From positions 8,968-72,967 of IMG/VR virus record IMGVR_UViG_3300037455_000250: DNA of 64,000 nt. One strand, given 5' to 3'. The notes below the pieces were generated by a model. It was not told the origin of the DNA, did not search any database, and was given only the letters and a program-made list of their open reading frames with translations. Positions within the stretch are counted from its first letter, which is position 1, and each line of letters opens with the position of its first letter. The translations under genes were made by a program, and so were the position numbers. This document shows positions 7,767 through 17,538 of this stretch, in pieces. This stretch comes from a virus. Its lineage: Duplodnaviria; Caudoviricetes.

Positions 7767-10066
7767 TGTCACAGTTGTCTTTGTTCGGCGATAGGTTTGA
7801 CAAAGAAACCGATTTAGAAATCGCAAAACAATCTAAACAGAAGTCCAAGAGAAATGCCGTTACTGTAAAAGGTAACGGCATACTTGACAAGATAGCAATT
7901 ATTAGGAACAATGTCGAGAACGCACTTGGCAAATATAAAGACAGATATGTTTGTATTCAAGATATGGACACTTTGCGTAAATACATTGATACCTGTTTAG
8001 ATGATGGCAGAATTGCATTAGATACAGAAACGACAGGACTTAATGTATTCAAAGATAAGATAGTTGGTATATGTCTTAAATCAAAGAGCAATAAAGGAGC
8101 ATACATACCAATTAACCATGTTTCATATAACATAGCAGATAATACATTTACTCGTATTGATACCCAATTAACGATTGAGCAAGTAAGGCCTGAATTGAAA
8201 AGACTTGCCGAAAATATCAAAGAGGTTGATATGTTTAACTCATTCTTTGATAAGAGAGTAATCAAGCACAATTTTGGGCTTTACTTCCCTTGTACTTGGG
8301 AGTGTTCTATCGGAGCAAAGATACTTAATGAGAATATGAACGAGAAGGACTATAACTTAAAGTTCCAACATTCTTACTATGTTCTTAACGGCGAGGAAGA
8401 CGAGTTTAGATTTGGTGATTTGTTTAATGATATAGGGTTTGATAAATGTCCTATTGATTGTGCGACCATATATGGTGGGCATGACGCCGATGATACATTT
8501 GAGTTGTCAGATTTTCAGCGTGAGCATATCTATTATGAGCCGGATTGCACATTTGCAGATAGAAACGGAATGAATGGTGCGTCTTGGTGTTTCTTTAACA
8601 TTGAAATGCCGTGTGTTGACGCAACAATCGAACTTGAAGAAAACGGCATAGCACTTGACCTAAACTATCAAAAAGAATTATCAGAGAGATACAATAAAAA
8701 AGCAAAGGAAATACTTGATAGATTTAGTACAGAGTTAGAGCCATATAATGAGCAGTTAGACGCATTAAGACGGCAAGGTGTTAAACTCGATAATCCTATA
8801 AATATAGGCAGTCCAAAGCAGTTAGCAGTATTACTATATGATGTGCTTAATGTAGGTGTTATAGAGAAGAAAAGTCCGAGGGGTACAGGAGAAGAAATCT
8901 TAACAAAGATTGATAACCCTATTGTTAAAACTATTCTTGATTATCGTAGTGTTCAAAAACTTATAGGCACATATATTGATAAATTGCCTACTTGTCTTGA
9001 AGATGATGGAAGAATACACGCACAGTTTCATCAATATGGTGCGAGAACTGGTAGATTTAGTTCAAGTAATCCAAATTTACAAAATATTCCATCACACAAC
9101 AGAGATATTAGACCTATGTTTGTTGCAAGTCCAAATCATTTATTGATTTCTATGGACTACTCACAACAAGAGCCTTCGTGTCTTGCCGCTTTCTGTAAAA
9201 AGATGGGTTACGATAATCTGTTTAATGCACGATTTAAGGGAAATGACTTATACAGTGAGGTTGCAAGTGCTATCTTTAATCTTCCTTATGATGATTGTGT
9301 TGAGCATAGAGCAGACGGCACGATTAATAAAGAAGGTAAAGCAAGACGAAATGACGCTAAACCAGTTCTGTTAGGTATCTTATACGATAGAGGTGATGAT
9401 AGCGTTGCAGAGGCACTACACATAACATTAGAGCAAGCCAGACAACTTAAACGCAATCTGTATAAGAGATTTCCAGAGATACTTAAATTTGAGCAAGAGA
9501 GTGTCAGAATGGCGCAAGAGTTTGGTTATGTTGATACGATTTGTGGTCGTAAGTGTCGTATACCAGATATGATGTTAGATGATTATGACTTTAAGTGGAT
9601 TGACGCACCAAAAACTGATGATGTGCTTGATTTTGATGGTGATATTGTTGATGAAGTTCCAGACGAAATCTGTGATAAGTATTGGAACAGACTTCATCAA
9701 AAGTATGCAAAGAAAAGAGAAATCTTTGAAGAGGCAAATAAGAAAGACGGAATATGGATTATTGATAACACATTCAAGATAGCAGAGGCTACGAGAAAGT
9801 GTGTTAATTCTCGTATTCAAGGCAGTGCGGCAGACCTTACAAAGAAAGCAATGGCAGAAGTTCTTAAATGTAATCGACTGACAGAGTTAGGTTTCAAGTT
9901 ACTTATCCAAGTACACGACGAACTTATTGGAGAATGTCCAGAAGAAAATATTAAAGAATGTTCAAAGTTATTAGCAGAGGTAATGTCAAAGGCCGCAGAA
10001 GAACTTATCGGTATGCCGTTTAGTTGTGATGCAGAAATTACAAAAGCGTGGTACGGATTAGATTAA
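7766..10066 (+). CDS. polA: family A DNA polymerase with 3'-5' exonuclease
   Basis: ExoI DTETTG; TGRFSSSNPNLQNIP; motif A DYSQQE; motif B RNDAKPVLLGILY; NSRIQGSAAD; motif C QVHDEL; N-terminal QLSLF. Confidence 0.95.
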   Translation: MSQLSLFGDRFDKETDLEIAKQSKQKSKRNAVTVKGNGILDKIAIIRNNVENALGKYKDRYVCIQDMDTLRKYIDTCLDDGRIALDTETTGLNVFKDKIVGICLKSKSNKGAYIPINHVSYNIADNTFTRIDTQLTIEQVRPELKRLAENIKEVDMFNSFFDKRVIKHNFGLYFPCTWECSIGAKILNENMNEKDYNLKFQHSYYVLNGEEDEFRFGDLFNDIGFDKCPIDCATIYGGHDADDTFELSDFQREHIYYEPDCTFADRNGMNGASWCFFNIEMPCVDATIELEENGIALDLNYQKELSERYNKKAKEILDRFSTELEPYNEQLDALRRQGVKLDNPINIGSPKQLAVLLYDVLNVGVIEKKSPRGTGEEILTKIDNPIVKTILDYRSVQKLIGTYIDKLPTCLEDDGRIHAQFHQYGARTGRFSSSNPNLQNIPSHNRDIRPMFVASPNHLLISMDYSQQEPSCLAAFCKKMGYDNLFNARFKGNDLYSEVASAIFNLPYDDCVEHRADGTINKEGKARRNDAKPVLLGILYDRGDDSVAEALHITLEQARQLKRNLYKRFPEILKFEQESVRMAQEFGYVDTICGRKCRIPDMMLDDYDFKWIDAPKTDDVLDFDGDIVDEVPDEICDKYWNRLHQKYAKKREIFEEANKKDGIWIIDNTFKIAEATRKCVNSRIQGSAADLTKKAMAEVLKCNRLTELGFKLLIQVHDELIGECPEENIKECSKLLAEVMSKAAEELIGMPFSCDAEITKAWYGLD

Positions 10067-10144
10067 TTTACAAAAAGTTTACAGTTAAACATTATAATAA
10101 ATGTTATAATAAAGTATAGATAGAGTACGAGTGAGGTATATTAT

Positions 10145-11350
10145 ATGACAAGACGAATAGCGATAATTAATCCTGTTGGAGTAGAAGGCGGTGGCGCAAC
10201 AACTTTATGTGTGCAATATGCAGGATTAGGTATAGATTGTTGGATGAAAAATACCGTAGATTACGCAAACTCAATCGTAGCGACAATACCAAATATCAAG
10301 CCATATTCAACAGATAATGATTTGTTAGATATTGCAACGAAGTATGATAGGTTATTATTTGTAAATATGTGGTTTGGGCATACTATGCCCGATAATGTAA
10401 TAGATAATGTAATTAAGTTACGAAAAAATTATCCTAATTTAGAGATTTGCTATATACATTGTTGTAGAGGATTAGGTGATTTATATACTTTATTACCAGT
10501 TTGTCAGCAACATAATTTTATGTTTGATTATATTTTTTCTTTACATCCTCAAATTACTTCTTTTCCATATTGTAAATCAGTGTTTATGAATATTAATGCG
10601 TGTATTTTGCCTGATTATTCACCATTAAGTGTTAATGAGAGAAATAATATTGTATTCACATCTGGTAGAGTAGAGGGGTTTAAAGGAGTAGTTAAATATT
10701 TTAATTCTATTGATGATGATTTTTTGGCCTCAACAGGAAAGTTTACGTATATACACGAAGGTGCAAAATATTCACATCATAAGAATAATGATGGAATAAG
10801 TTGTCCACCTCAAATGCTTTCAATATTTGACACAACAACGTCTCCGAAATCACTTAAACCACAGTATGTATTACGTGATTATGGGCAAGAGCCTTTGTGT
10901 GATAAATTTAATATTTATCCGTCTTATGATATGCGTTTTATACGTGATAGATGGAAACATTATTTTGCTGGTATTTGTTGTGTTCTCGGAACAACAAGCG
11001 GATATATGGTGGAGCAGACATTATTTGGCACAGAATATAAAATCAAGGATAAGCGAGAGAGAACATTAATAGATAAGCGTACAAATGATTGGGGAGATAC
11101 CTTAGAGTACGCAGACATTGAAAAAATGTCATTTGGTGTACCAGTATTTTTTTCTCGTAAGTTCTCGCAGATAATTGGGTTTACAGATGAGAGGTTAATA
11201 TACAATTCGTTTTCAGAGATACCGGAAAAGGTAAAGTTATTACACACGTATTATGATGATGTGCGAGAGGCACAGTATACGTGGTTACACGAAAAGTTAC
11301 AGAATGTAAATGCAACGATTTTAGAAAAGTTTACAGGAGATATAAACTAA
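10145..11350 (+). CDS. T4 AGT-like GT-B DNA glycosyltransferase
   Basis: 401 aa; GVEGGGAT, SGRVEGFKG and TLEYADIEKMSFGVPVFF resemble T4 alpha-glucosyltransferase motifs as recalled from memory. Confidence 0.7.
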   Translation: MTRRIAIINPVGVEGGGATTLCVQYAGLGIDCWMKNTVDYANSIVATIPNIKPYSTDNDLLDIATKYDRLLFVNMWFGHTMPDNVIDNVIKLRKNYPNLEICYIHCCRGLGDLYTLLPVCQQHNFMFDYIFSLHPQITSFPYCKSVFMNINACILPDYSPLSVNERNNIVFTSGRVEGFKGVVKYFNSIDDDFLASTGKFTYIHEGAKYSHHKNNDGISCPPQMLSIFDTTTSPKSLKPQYVLRDYGQEPLCDKFNIYPSYDMRFIRDRWKHYFAGICCVLGTTSGYMVEQTLFGTEYKIKDKRERTLIDKRTNDWGDTLEYADIEKMSFGVPVFFSRKFSQIIGFTDERLIYNSFSEIPEKVKLLHTYYDDVREAQYTWLHEKLQNVNATILEKFTGDIN

Positions 11351-12201
11351 TGCGTAATGATTTTGCCGTTTTCATTATAACTCACGGACGTCCTGATAAA
11401 CAACTTACATATGATACCTTGCGTAGATGTGGATATAATGGTAAAATTTATCTTGTAGTAGATAATACGGACAATACAATACAACAACACATAGATAAAT
11501 ATGGCGCAGAAAATATCATTGTGTTCGATAAGAACCATTATATAAATTCAGACAGATTTGATAATGGAACAGAGGGTGTTTTTGCGTGTGCCGTTTATGC
11601 AAGACGAGCAGTGGAAGATATAGCAAAAAGTATGAAGTTGGCATACTTTTGTATGATAGATGATGATGTTACCGATTTATGTCTAAGGATTCCATTAGAA
11701 AACAAAGTACGCAGATTAAAAATATATAATATGGATGAAATATTTAATGCGTATTTAGAGTTGTTAGAGATAAAACAAATTAGTTGTCTTGGTTTTGGCT
11801 ATCAAACTCTTTATTTTTCTGGTATGAAGTATTTTACAACAGATTTTAGGCCATTACCTTTTAGACTATTCATAAGAAAAACATCAGTAGATATTGATTG
11901 GTCTAATTGGTATGGTGAAGATGAGATTGCAGGATATCAAAGCAATATAAAAGGTCTATTATGGACTGCTATACCATTAGTTATGGTGACAACATCAGAA
12001 GAGGCTACAGGCGCTATGCAAACAACATATGAACAAACAACCTCTTTTTTACGTTCAATAGTTGAGTTAAGGTATGTTCCATCACAAGTAGTAATTGCGA
12101 CTTGTACGAGAGGTAAAAAGAAAGGAACACAACATCTATATAGAAGAAATCAAGATTGGTTTCCTAAAATCATAAGTAGCACGTATAAAAAGGAGATATG
12201 A
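11350..12201 (+). CDS. TAGT/GREB1-like GT-A glycosyltransferase 1
   Basis: FAVFIITHGRP, YLVVD, YARR, MIDDD, GEDE; start moved to ATG 11350. Confidence 0.8.
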   Translation: MRNDFAVFIITHGRPDKQLTYDTLRRCGYNGKIYLVVDNTDNTIQQHIDKYGAENIIVFDKNHYINSDRFDNGTEGVFACAVYARRAVEDIAKSMKLAYFCMIDDDVTDLCLRIPLENKVRRLKIYNMDEIFNAYLELLEIKQISCLGFGYQTLYFSGMKYFTTDFRPLPFRLFIRKTSVDIDWSNWYGEDEIAGYQSNIKGLLWTAIPLVMVTTSEEATGAMQTTYEQTTSFLRSIVELRYVPSQVVIATCTRGKKKGTQHLYRRNQDWFPKIISSTYKKEI

Positions 12202-12599
12202 ATATGCAGTTAGAGTTTTTTAACACACCAGAGGTAGATAGCAACAACAAGTACACAAAAAAGATTGCAATTCCACAGTATGTGCCTTCTGAGGTTGCAC
12301 CCACATTAAACGAACTCTGTAATTTATCAAAATATTCCGAATTGTTACGAGATATAAAATCTTCAAATGTAACAGAGGAAGAAAAAGAGTTTTTAATACG
12401 TGCGGCTACACGACACATTGTATTTAATTATGCGAAAATAGCGGATTATTATGCACACGCAACACCTGAAATGCAAAAACTTATGGAGAAATCTGCGTTA
12501 GTTATTATTGATTATGAGGATGCAATAGCAAATGGTTATGTGAAATTAAGTAGCACGATAAAGTCAATCATAGAGGAAACAAACAAAAATGAGAACTGA
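12198..12599 (+). CDS. small helical protein associated with TAGT-like genes
   Basis: coupled between the two TAGT-like genes; FNYAKIADYYAH...LVIIDYEDAIANG; N-terminal QLEFF. Confidence 0.65.
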   Translation: MNMQLEFFNTPEVDSNNKYTKKIAIPQYVPSEVAPTLNELCNLSKYSELLRDIKSSNVTEEEKEFLIRAATRHIVFNYAKIADYYAHATPEMQKLMEKSALVIIDYEDAIANGYVKLSSTIKSIIEETNKNEN

Positions 12600-13455
12600 T
12601 TTTGCAGTATTCGTTTTAAGTCACGGCAGAGCAAAAAGTCTTAAAACAATTAATTCTTTATTGTCGAGAGGGTATACTGGTAGATGGTATATTATTGTTG
12701 ATGATGAGGATGACCAAATATCGTTGTATCAACAAAATTTTGGGGAAGACCATATAATTGTGTTTGATAAGAAAGAAGTCGGCAAAACATTCGATATAAT
12801 GGATAATTTTGAAGGTCGACAAGTGCCGACTTTTGCTCGAAATGCGGTGTACGATATAGCAGATAATCTTGGGTTAAAATACTTTTATGAGGCAGATGAT
12901 GATTTAGTATGCTTTAGAGCAAGATTATTAGACAGTGAGGGTGTATTACGTACAGTCTATTTTAATGATATGGATAAAGTGTTTTCTGCATATCTTGATT
13001 ATATGGATAATGCAGAACGTATAGATGTATTAGCGTTTGGACAAACTGGAGATTTAATCGGCGGAAGTGGCTCAAAACTTTTTATAAAAGGATATATTAG
13101 AAAAGCCATGCAGGGATTTATTGTACGTGTGTCGAGTAGAATAACATATGTAGGAAGATTTAATGATGATGTTAATGCGTATGTTGACGCGGGTAAAATA
13201 GGTTATTTGTTCATTACATATAAAGATGTGATAATGGACACAATAGAAACACAGAAAAGCAAAGGCGGTATAACGGAAAATTATAAGAAATATGGTACCT
13301 ATGTTAAGTCTTTTTATTCTGTAATATTAGACCCGAGTTGTGTATTTATAAGCACAATGGGCTTTGGTAATTATAGAATACATCATCAGATAGATTGGGA
13401 AAAAGCGGTGCCTAAAATAATAAGTAGCGATTTTAAGAAAGGAGAGGCAGAATGA
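12589..13455 (+). CDS. TAGT/GREB1-like GT-A glycosyltransferase 2
   Basis: FAVFVLSHGRA, YIIVDD, FARN, EADDD, GRFNDDV, QKSKGG, YVKSFYS, HHQIDW. Confidence 0.85.
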   Translation: MRTDFAVFVLSHGRAKSLKTINSLLSRGYTGRWYIIVDDEDDQISLYQQNFGEDHIIVFDKKEVGKTFDIMDNFEGRQVPTFARNAVYDIADNLGLKYFYEADDDLVCFRARLLDSEGVLRTVYFNDMDKVFSAYLDYMDNAERIDVLAFGQTGDLIGGSGSKLFIKGYIRKAMQGFIVRVSSRITYVGRFNDDVNAYVDAGKIGYLFITYKDVIMDTIETQKSKGGITENYKKYGTYVKSFYSVILDPSCVFISTMGFGNYRIHHQIDWEKAVPKIISSDFKKGEAE

Positions 13456-14192
13456 AAGTAGGATTGTTCCCTATGGTAGCAGATGTATTACACGCCGGTC
13501 ATATACTCGCTATCAAAGAGGCAAAAGCAAACTGTGATTACCTTATAGTTGCGTTATATTGTAAACCTAAGAGAAAACCAAATATTGTGCAGAGTATCTT
13601 TGAGAGATATACTCAACTATCCGCAATCAAATTTGTTGATGAAGTGATGCCTTACGAAGATGAAGAGGATGTTTATAGGGTGTTGCTCTCTATTAAATTT
13701 GATGTATATTTTCTCGGCGCAGATTACAAGAATAAACGATTTGAAGGACAAGACCTCGTTGAAAATTTAGGCAAAGAAATTTATTACTTATCCCGTAATC
13801 ACACAATGAGTAGTTCCAAATTAAAATCAGATATTATTAAAAATGGCGCAAAACAAGAAACGAAAGATAAAGTTATTGCGGTTGATTTTGATGGGTGTAT
13901 TTGTAGTATGAATTATCCTGATATAGGAGAGCCTAATTGGGATGTAATCAATGCTCTTAAACAAGAAAAAGAGAACGGCGCAAAAATCATTTTATGGTCT
14001 TGTCGTGCTGATGAATATTTACGTGCGGCGATAGAGGCGTGTGATGAATGGGGATTACAGTTTGACGCAGTAAATGAAAACGTACCAGAAAGATTAGTTA
14101 AGTATGGATATTCCGATTCTCGAAAGGTTAGTGCTGACGAGTATTGGGACGATTTAGCAAAAGTTATTAAATTTAAAGGAGGACAGAATTAA
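13452..14192 (+). CDS. TagD-like cytidylyltransferase fused to a HAD-family phosphatase domain
   Basis: DVLHAGH (HxGH), FERY, GADY, SSSKLK; second domain VIAVDFDG...LWSCRA...DEYWDD. Confidence 0.85.
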   Translation: MKVGLFPMVADVLHAGHILAIKEAKANCDYLIVALYCKPKRKPNIVQSIFERYTQLSAIKFVDEVMPYEDEEDVYRVLLSIKFDVYFLGADYKNKRFEGQDLVENLGKEIYYLSRNHTMSSSKLKSDIIKNGAKQETKDKVIAVDFDGCICSMNYPDIGEPNWDVINALKQEKENGAKIILWSCRADEYLRAAIEACDEWGLQFDAVNENVPERLVKYGYSDSRKVSADEYWDDLAKVIKFKGGQN

Positions 14193-15268
14193 TGTCGACA
14201 TTTACAACAGAGAGGTTAAAGCAGTTAGTAGCGTATGTGATTAAGGGAGCAGGGTTCAAACCTAACTTTGAATTATCTGATAAAATCGGTATACGAGTTA
14301 GAGATGGTGTCTTGTACTTAAATACAACAGATGGTACAAATTATTTGAGTGTATCAGATAGGTGTGTGTCGGATAATTTCGATATTGTAGTAAATGCAGA
14401 GGTATTTTCAAAACTCATTGGTAAGATTACATCAGAAACCGTAGATATTATTGTTGTTGATGATACAAAACTTGAAGTAACCGGTAATGGTAAATATACA
14501 CTTGAACTTGTGCCAAGTGAGAGCGGTGAATTACTTTCATTTCCTGATAAATTTCCTGAAAATACAGTTGAAAAAGGAACAATATCTGCAAGTGATATAG
14601 TTGCAATAAATACCACTCTTAGTGCGTCACTGTCAAATAAAATCGGCAGTATCTATACAAACTATTATTTTGGTGAAGTCGTTGCAAGTACAGACCGTGC
14701 TATGATGGCAATTTTCAATCGTAAATTAGTAGATGATGTATACCTGTTTAATAAAGAATTTGTTGAACTAATGACATTGAGTGGTGCAGAGGTTTCTATA
14801 TCACAGAATGATAATGTAATTGTGGCAGAAAGTTCAATTAGTGAACACGGCTCAATTCGTGTTTGCACTATACTTCCAACAGATGTTGATAAGTTTGAGA
14901 TTGATGGCATTCGTAAGTTTGTATCTATGGAACTAACATCATTCTGTCGTATTCGTAAAGCAGAAATATTGGCTCTCCTTGATAGACTTTCACTGTTTGT
15001 AAGTGATAAGTTTGATGATGGTGCAATCATTCTTAATTTTAAGAAAGAATATGTTGAGGTTTCATCATTAGCAAGTAGCGGTGTTGAGCGTATCGAATAC
15101 ACCGAGTGTAAAGAGCCGATTGAATTGCAAATCAAGATTAATATTGATAGACTGCGTGACCAGTTAAAGTCATATACATCTGATATGGTAGATTTGTATT
15201 ACGGTAGTGATTTGTGTATTAAACTCGTTGATGGAGATATGACACAGTTAATCGCTTTAATGAAGTAA
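14192..15268 (+). CDS. dnaN: DNA polymerase III beta-like sliding clamp
   Basis: 358 aa; LYLNTTDG, ASTDRAMMA, KINIDRLRDQL and C-terminal LIALMK parallel DnaN; clamp loader encoded downstream. Confidence 0.75.
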   Translation: MSTFTTERLKQLVAYVIKGAGFKPNFELSDKIGIRVRDGVLYLNTTDGTNYLSVSDRCVSDNFDIVVNAEVFSKLIGKITSETVDIIVVDDTKLEVTGNGKYTLELVPSESGELLSFPDKFPENTVEKGTISASDIVAINTTLSASLSNKIGSIYTNYYFGEVVASTDRAMMAIFNRKLVDDVYLFNKEFVELMTLSGAEVSISQNDNVIVAESSISEHGSIRVCTILPTDVDKFEIDGIRKFVSMELTSFCRIRKAEILALLDRLSLFVSDKFDDGAIILNFKKEYVEVSSLASSGVERIEYTECKEPIELQIKINIDRLRDQLKSYTSDMVDLYYGSDLCIKLVDGDMTQLIALMK

Positions 15269-15291
15269 AGATAACAAACAAAACATTTATG

Positions 15292-15320
15292 TAGGGACTT
15301 GAAATATAGTCCCTATTTTT
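15292..15320 (+). terminator. intrinsic terminator
   Basis: TAGGGACT/AGTCCCTA stem followed by TTTTT. Confidence 0.85.
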
Positions 15321-15336
15321 ATTATAAAATTCGCTA

Positions 15337-15372
15337 TTGCAATTCATTCAAACATTTAGTATAATGTTTACA
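15337..15372 (+). promoter_or_regulatory. sigma-A promoter with palindromic operator
   Basis: TTGCAA-17-TATAAT; AAACATT-N6-AATGTTT overlaps -10. Confidence 0.8.
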
Positions 15373-15408
15373 AGTTGAGATAAACTCAACAAGAAAGTGA
15401 GGTATCAT

Positions 15409-15615
15409 ATGAACAGAGAAGAACGACCTATCGTCTATACGATAACACAGATAACTCGTAACTTTGGTGGGTTATACACTATTAAAACATACGATAAAAG
15501 ATGTACTCCGCACAACTATACAGATGTAGGAGTTACACAGTTGTTTGCCATTTTAGAAATAATCACACAAGACCTTAATGATGAAGGCTATTCGGTAGTA
15601 TTTGAGGTAGATTGA
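15409..15615 (+). CDS. hypothetical protein
   Basis: GAAAGTGAGGT RBS, first gene after the promoter. Confidence 0.65.
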   Translation: MNREERPIVYTITQITRNFGGLYTIKTYDKRCTPHNYTDVGVTQLFAILEIITQDLNDEGYSVVFEVD

Positions 15616-15616
15616 T

Positions 15617-15862
15617 ATGAAACTGATAATTGATATGCCCGAAGATATATTGGCAGATATGAAAAACGGTCATACTCGTTTAGGCGAAATTGCAGATGTT
15701 GTTGCTAAAGGTACAGTTTTTAAAAAGGGCAAGTGGATAAGCCATTATGACGAACTTGGCTATACTTGTTCCGTTTGCGGTGCATTTAGAATGAGTGCAA
15801 AGACCGACAACTTTAAGTTTTGTCCTGATTGTGGTGCAGACTTACGAGGTGCAGAAAAATGA
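15617..15862 (+). CDS. small Zn-ribbon protein
   Basis: KGKWI...CSVCG...FCPDCGADLR. Confidence 0.7.
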   Translation: MKLIIDMPEDILADMKNGHTRLGEIADVVAKGTVFKKGKWISHYDELGYTCSVCGAFRMSAKTDNFKFCPDCGADLRGAEK

Positions 15863-16200
15863 AAGTTGTAATTGATATTGACGAAGAAGATTACAAGAAA
15901 ATCATCAAGATAACAAATGCTTGGAGATACACAGGCACAACAATAGTAGGGAGTGCTTATCACGCAATTGCTAATGGTCAAATTCTCCCAAAAGGACACG
16001 GAGATTTGATTGAGCGTAAGGAATTGAAAGAACACAAGTTCTTGTCGCCACAAGTCAAAGTAATTGGTGGTAGACATAGCGGAAAACTGAAAGAGCAGAT
16101 TACACAAGCCTATCAAAAAGGTTGGAATGATTGCATTGACGCAATTATCGACAATGCTCCCACAGTAATTGAAACAGATAAGGAGAAAGGACAATGCTGA
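15859..16200 (+). CDS. hypothetical protein (paralog of 18704-19054)
   Basis: MKVVIDI...LPKGHGDLI...IDNAPTVIE. Confidence 0.7.
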   Translation: MKVVIDIDEEDYKKIIKITNAWRYTGTTIVGSAYHAIANGQILPKGHGDLIERKELKEHKFLSPQVKVIGGRHSGKLKEQITQAYQKGWNDCIDAIIDNAPTVIETDKEKGQC

Positions 16201-16769
16201 CAATGCTTAAAGACTATAAAGGTTTGATTGAAATTAACGGAGAAAAGTACGATAGCGTTAAAACTGCATTAAATCGCTTTAAGAGTGATAGCGATACAAT
16301 TACGATTAAGTTATCGTCTAAACATCAAGAGAGCGTTAAATCAAGCGTAAGAGCGTCAGAGAGTAACACATTAAAAAAGATATATGTTAAACAGTATATG
16401 ACGAAAAAATCTTCTCCTGATTTTACATTTATGACACAGTATAATAATGACAATCCTATGCCATACAGAGAGATGATAGGCACTGTTGAGAAAGAAACTC
16501 GTGGCATGGTTTATATGAAACTTCACGCAGATATTTCGGCAGAGAGAACTTTTAGATGTATGTGTTGTGGAAGACCACTCACTAATCCAGTATCACAATA
16601 TTTCGGTATAGGACCAGAGTGTGGCGGACACAATTATGTTAATCCGTTTTACAACGAAGAAGAATTAAAGAAGGCAGTTAATGATTACCGAAAAGTGTTA
16701 CAGAATGTAACATGGGAAGGTTGGATAATTAAATCAGCAATTTTAGAAGAGGAGGAAATCACACAATGA
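16194..16769 (+). CDS. DUF6011-like Zn-finger protein
   Basis: CMCCGRPLTNPVSQYFGIGPECG. Confidence 0.65.
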   Translation: MLTMLKDYKGLIEINGEKYDSVKTALNRFKSDSDTITIKLSSKHQESVKSSVRASESNTLKKIYVKQYMTKKSSPDFTFMTQYNNDNPMPYREMIGTVEKETRGMVYMKLHADISAERTFRCMCCGRPLTNPVSQYFGIGPECGGHNYVNPFYNEEELKKAVNDYRKVLQNVTWEGWIIKSAILEEEEITQ

Positions 16770-16984
16770 GAACAGACGAAGTACCTAAGAATGTTCAGAA
16801 CAGACTTGAAATGTTGGGCAATCCAATCAGACGCTTGCTTAGAGATGAGGAAGACCCTGCCGTAGTTTGTGCCGTGTTATCCGCAAATCTCGATACTTGG
16901 GCACAGGAACACGGATATGACGCAAGCAACCTTGCAACTGCAATAGCCATTGCCGTTATTCATCATACGGAGGATAGAGTATGA
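16766..16984 (+). CDS. hypothetical protein
   Basis: coupled ORF with GAGGAGG RBS. Confidence 0.65.
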   Translation: MRTDEVPKNVQNRLEMLGNPIRRLLRDEEDPAVVCAVLSANLDTWAQEHGYDASNLATAIAIAVIHHTEDRV

Positions 16985-17163
16985 CAGAAAATCAAATGAA
17001 AGACTGGCGTGAGATTTGTCAAGCGTTTGCAGATAAGTACGGCTATAAGTTGCTTTTTGTGAATGAAGAAAGTTGCGGTGTAGAAATGAAAGACGGAAGT
17101 TTTGCTCACATTTATGCAGATGAAATGTCAGAAATGTTAAGGAGAAATTCGAATGTTAATTAA
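16981..17163 (+). CDS. hypothetical protein
   Basis: ATGA-coupled ORF. Confidence 0.6.
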   Translation: MTENQMKDWREICQAFADKYGYKLLFVNEESCGVEMKDGSFAHIYADEMSEMLRRNSNVN

Positions 17164-17398
17164 GTACGGTACACCAATCAGATACTTTGACAGTCTTGGT
17201 AATGAAATTCACGACGGCGATTACGTGATATTAGAAGGTCGAAAAGAAAGAGTTTATTTGACAGATGATGGTTATCTCGGAACAGACGCAACTAATCCGA
17301 AGTGGATAGAAACAGGCAGAGCATTTACTTGTCAGTATGGTATTTATCCGTTCAATGAAAAAGATGAACCTGTATTAGTGAAGGAGAACATAAGATGA
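17153..17398 (+). CDS. hypothetical protein
   Basis: AAGGAG RBS, 81 aa. Confidence 0.65.
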   Translation: MLIKYGTPIRYFDSLGNEIHDGDYVILEGRKERVYLTDDGYLGTDATNPKWIETGRAFTCQYGIYPFNEKDEPVLVKENIR

Positions 17399-17538
17399 GT
17401 GCATATAGCGATTGGAAATGTGGTGCTATGTCAGACGAGGAGTTTGAACAGTGGGGTATCAGATTTAATGCAGAGGAAAGATACTATGCGGCACACGAAT
17501 TTGACGAGCCATATAACGAGGACGATTATGACGAGTAA
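17395..17538 (+). CDS. small acidic protein (47 aa)
   Basis: MSAYSDWKCGAMSDEEFEQW...; AAGGAG RBS; absent from the ORF track. Confidence 0.6.
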   Translation: MSAYSDWKCGAMSDEEFEQWGIRFNAEERYYAAHEFDEPYNEDDYDE

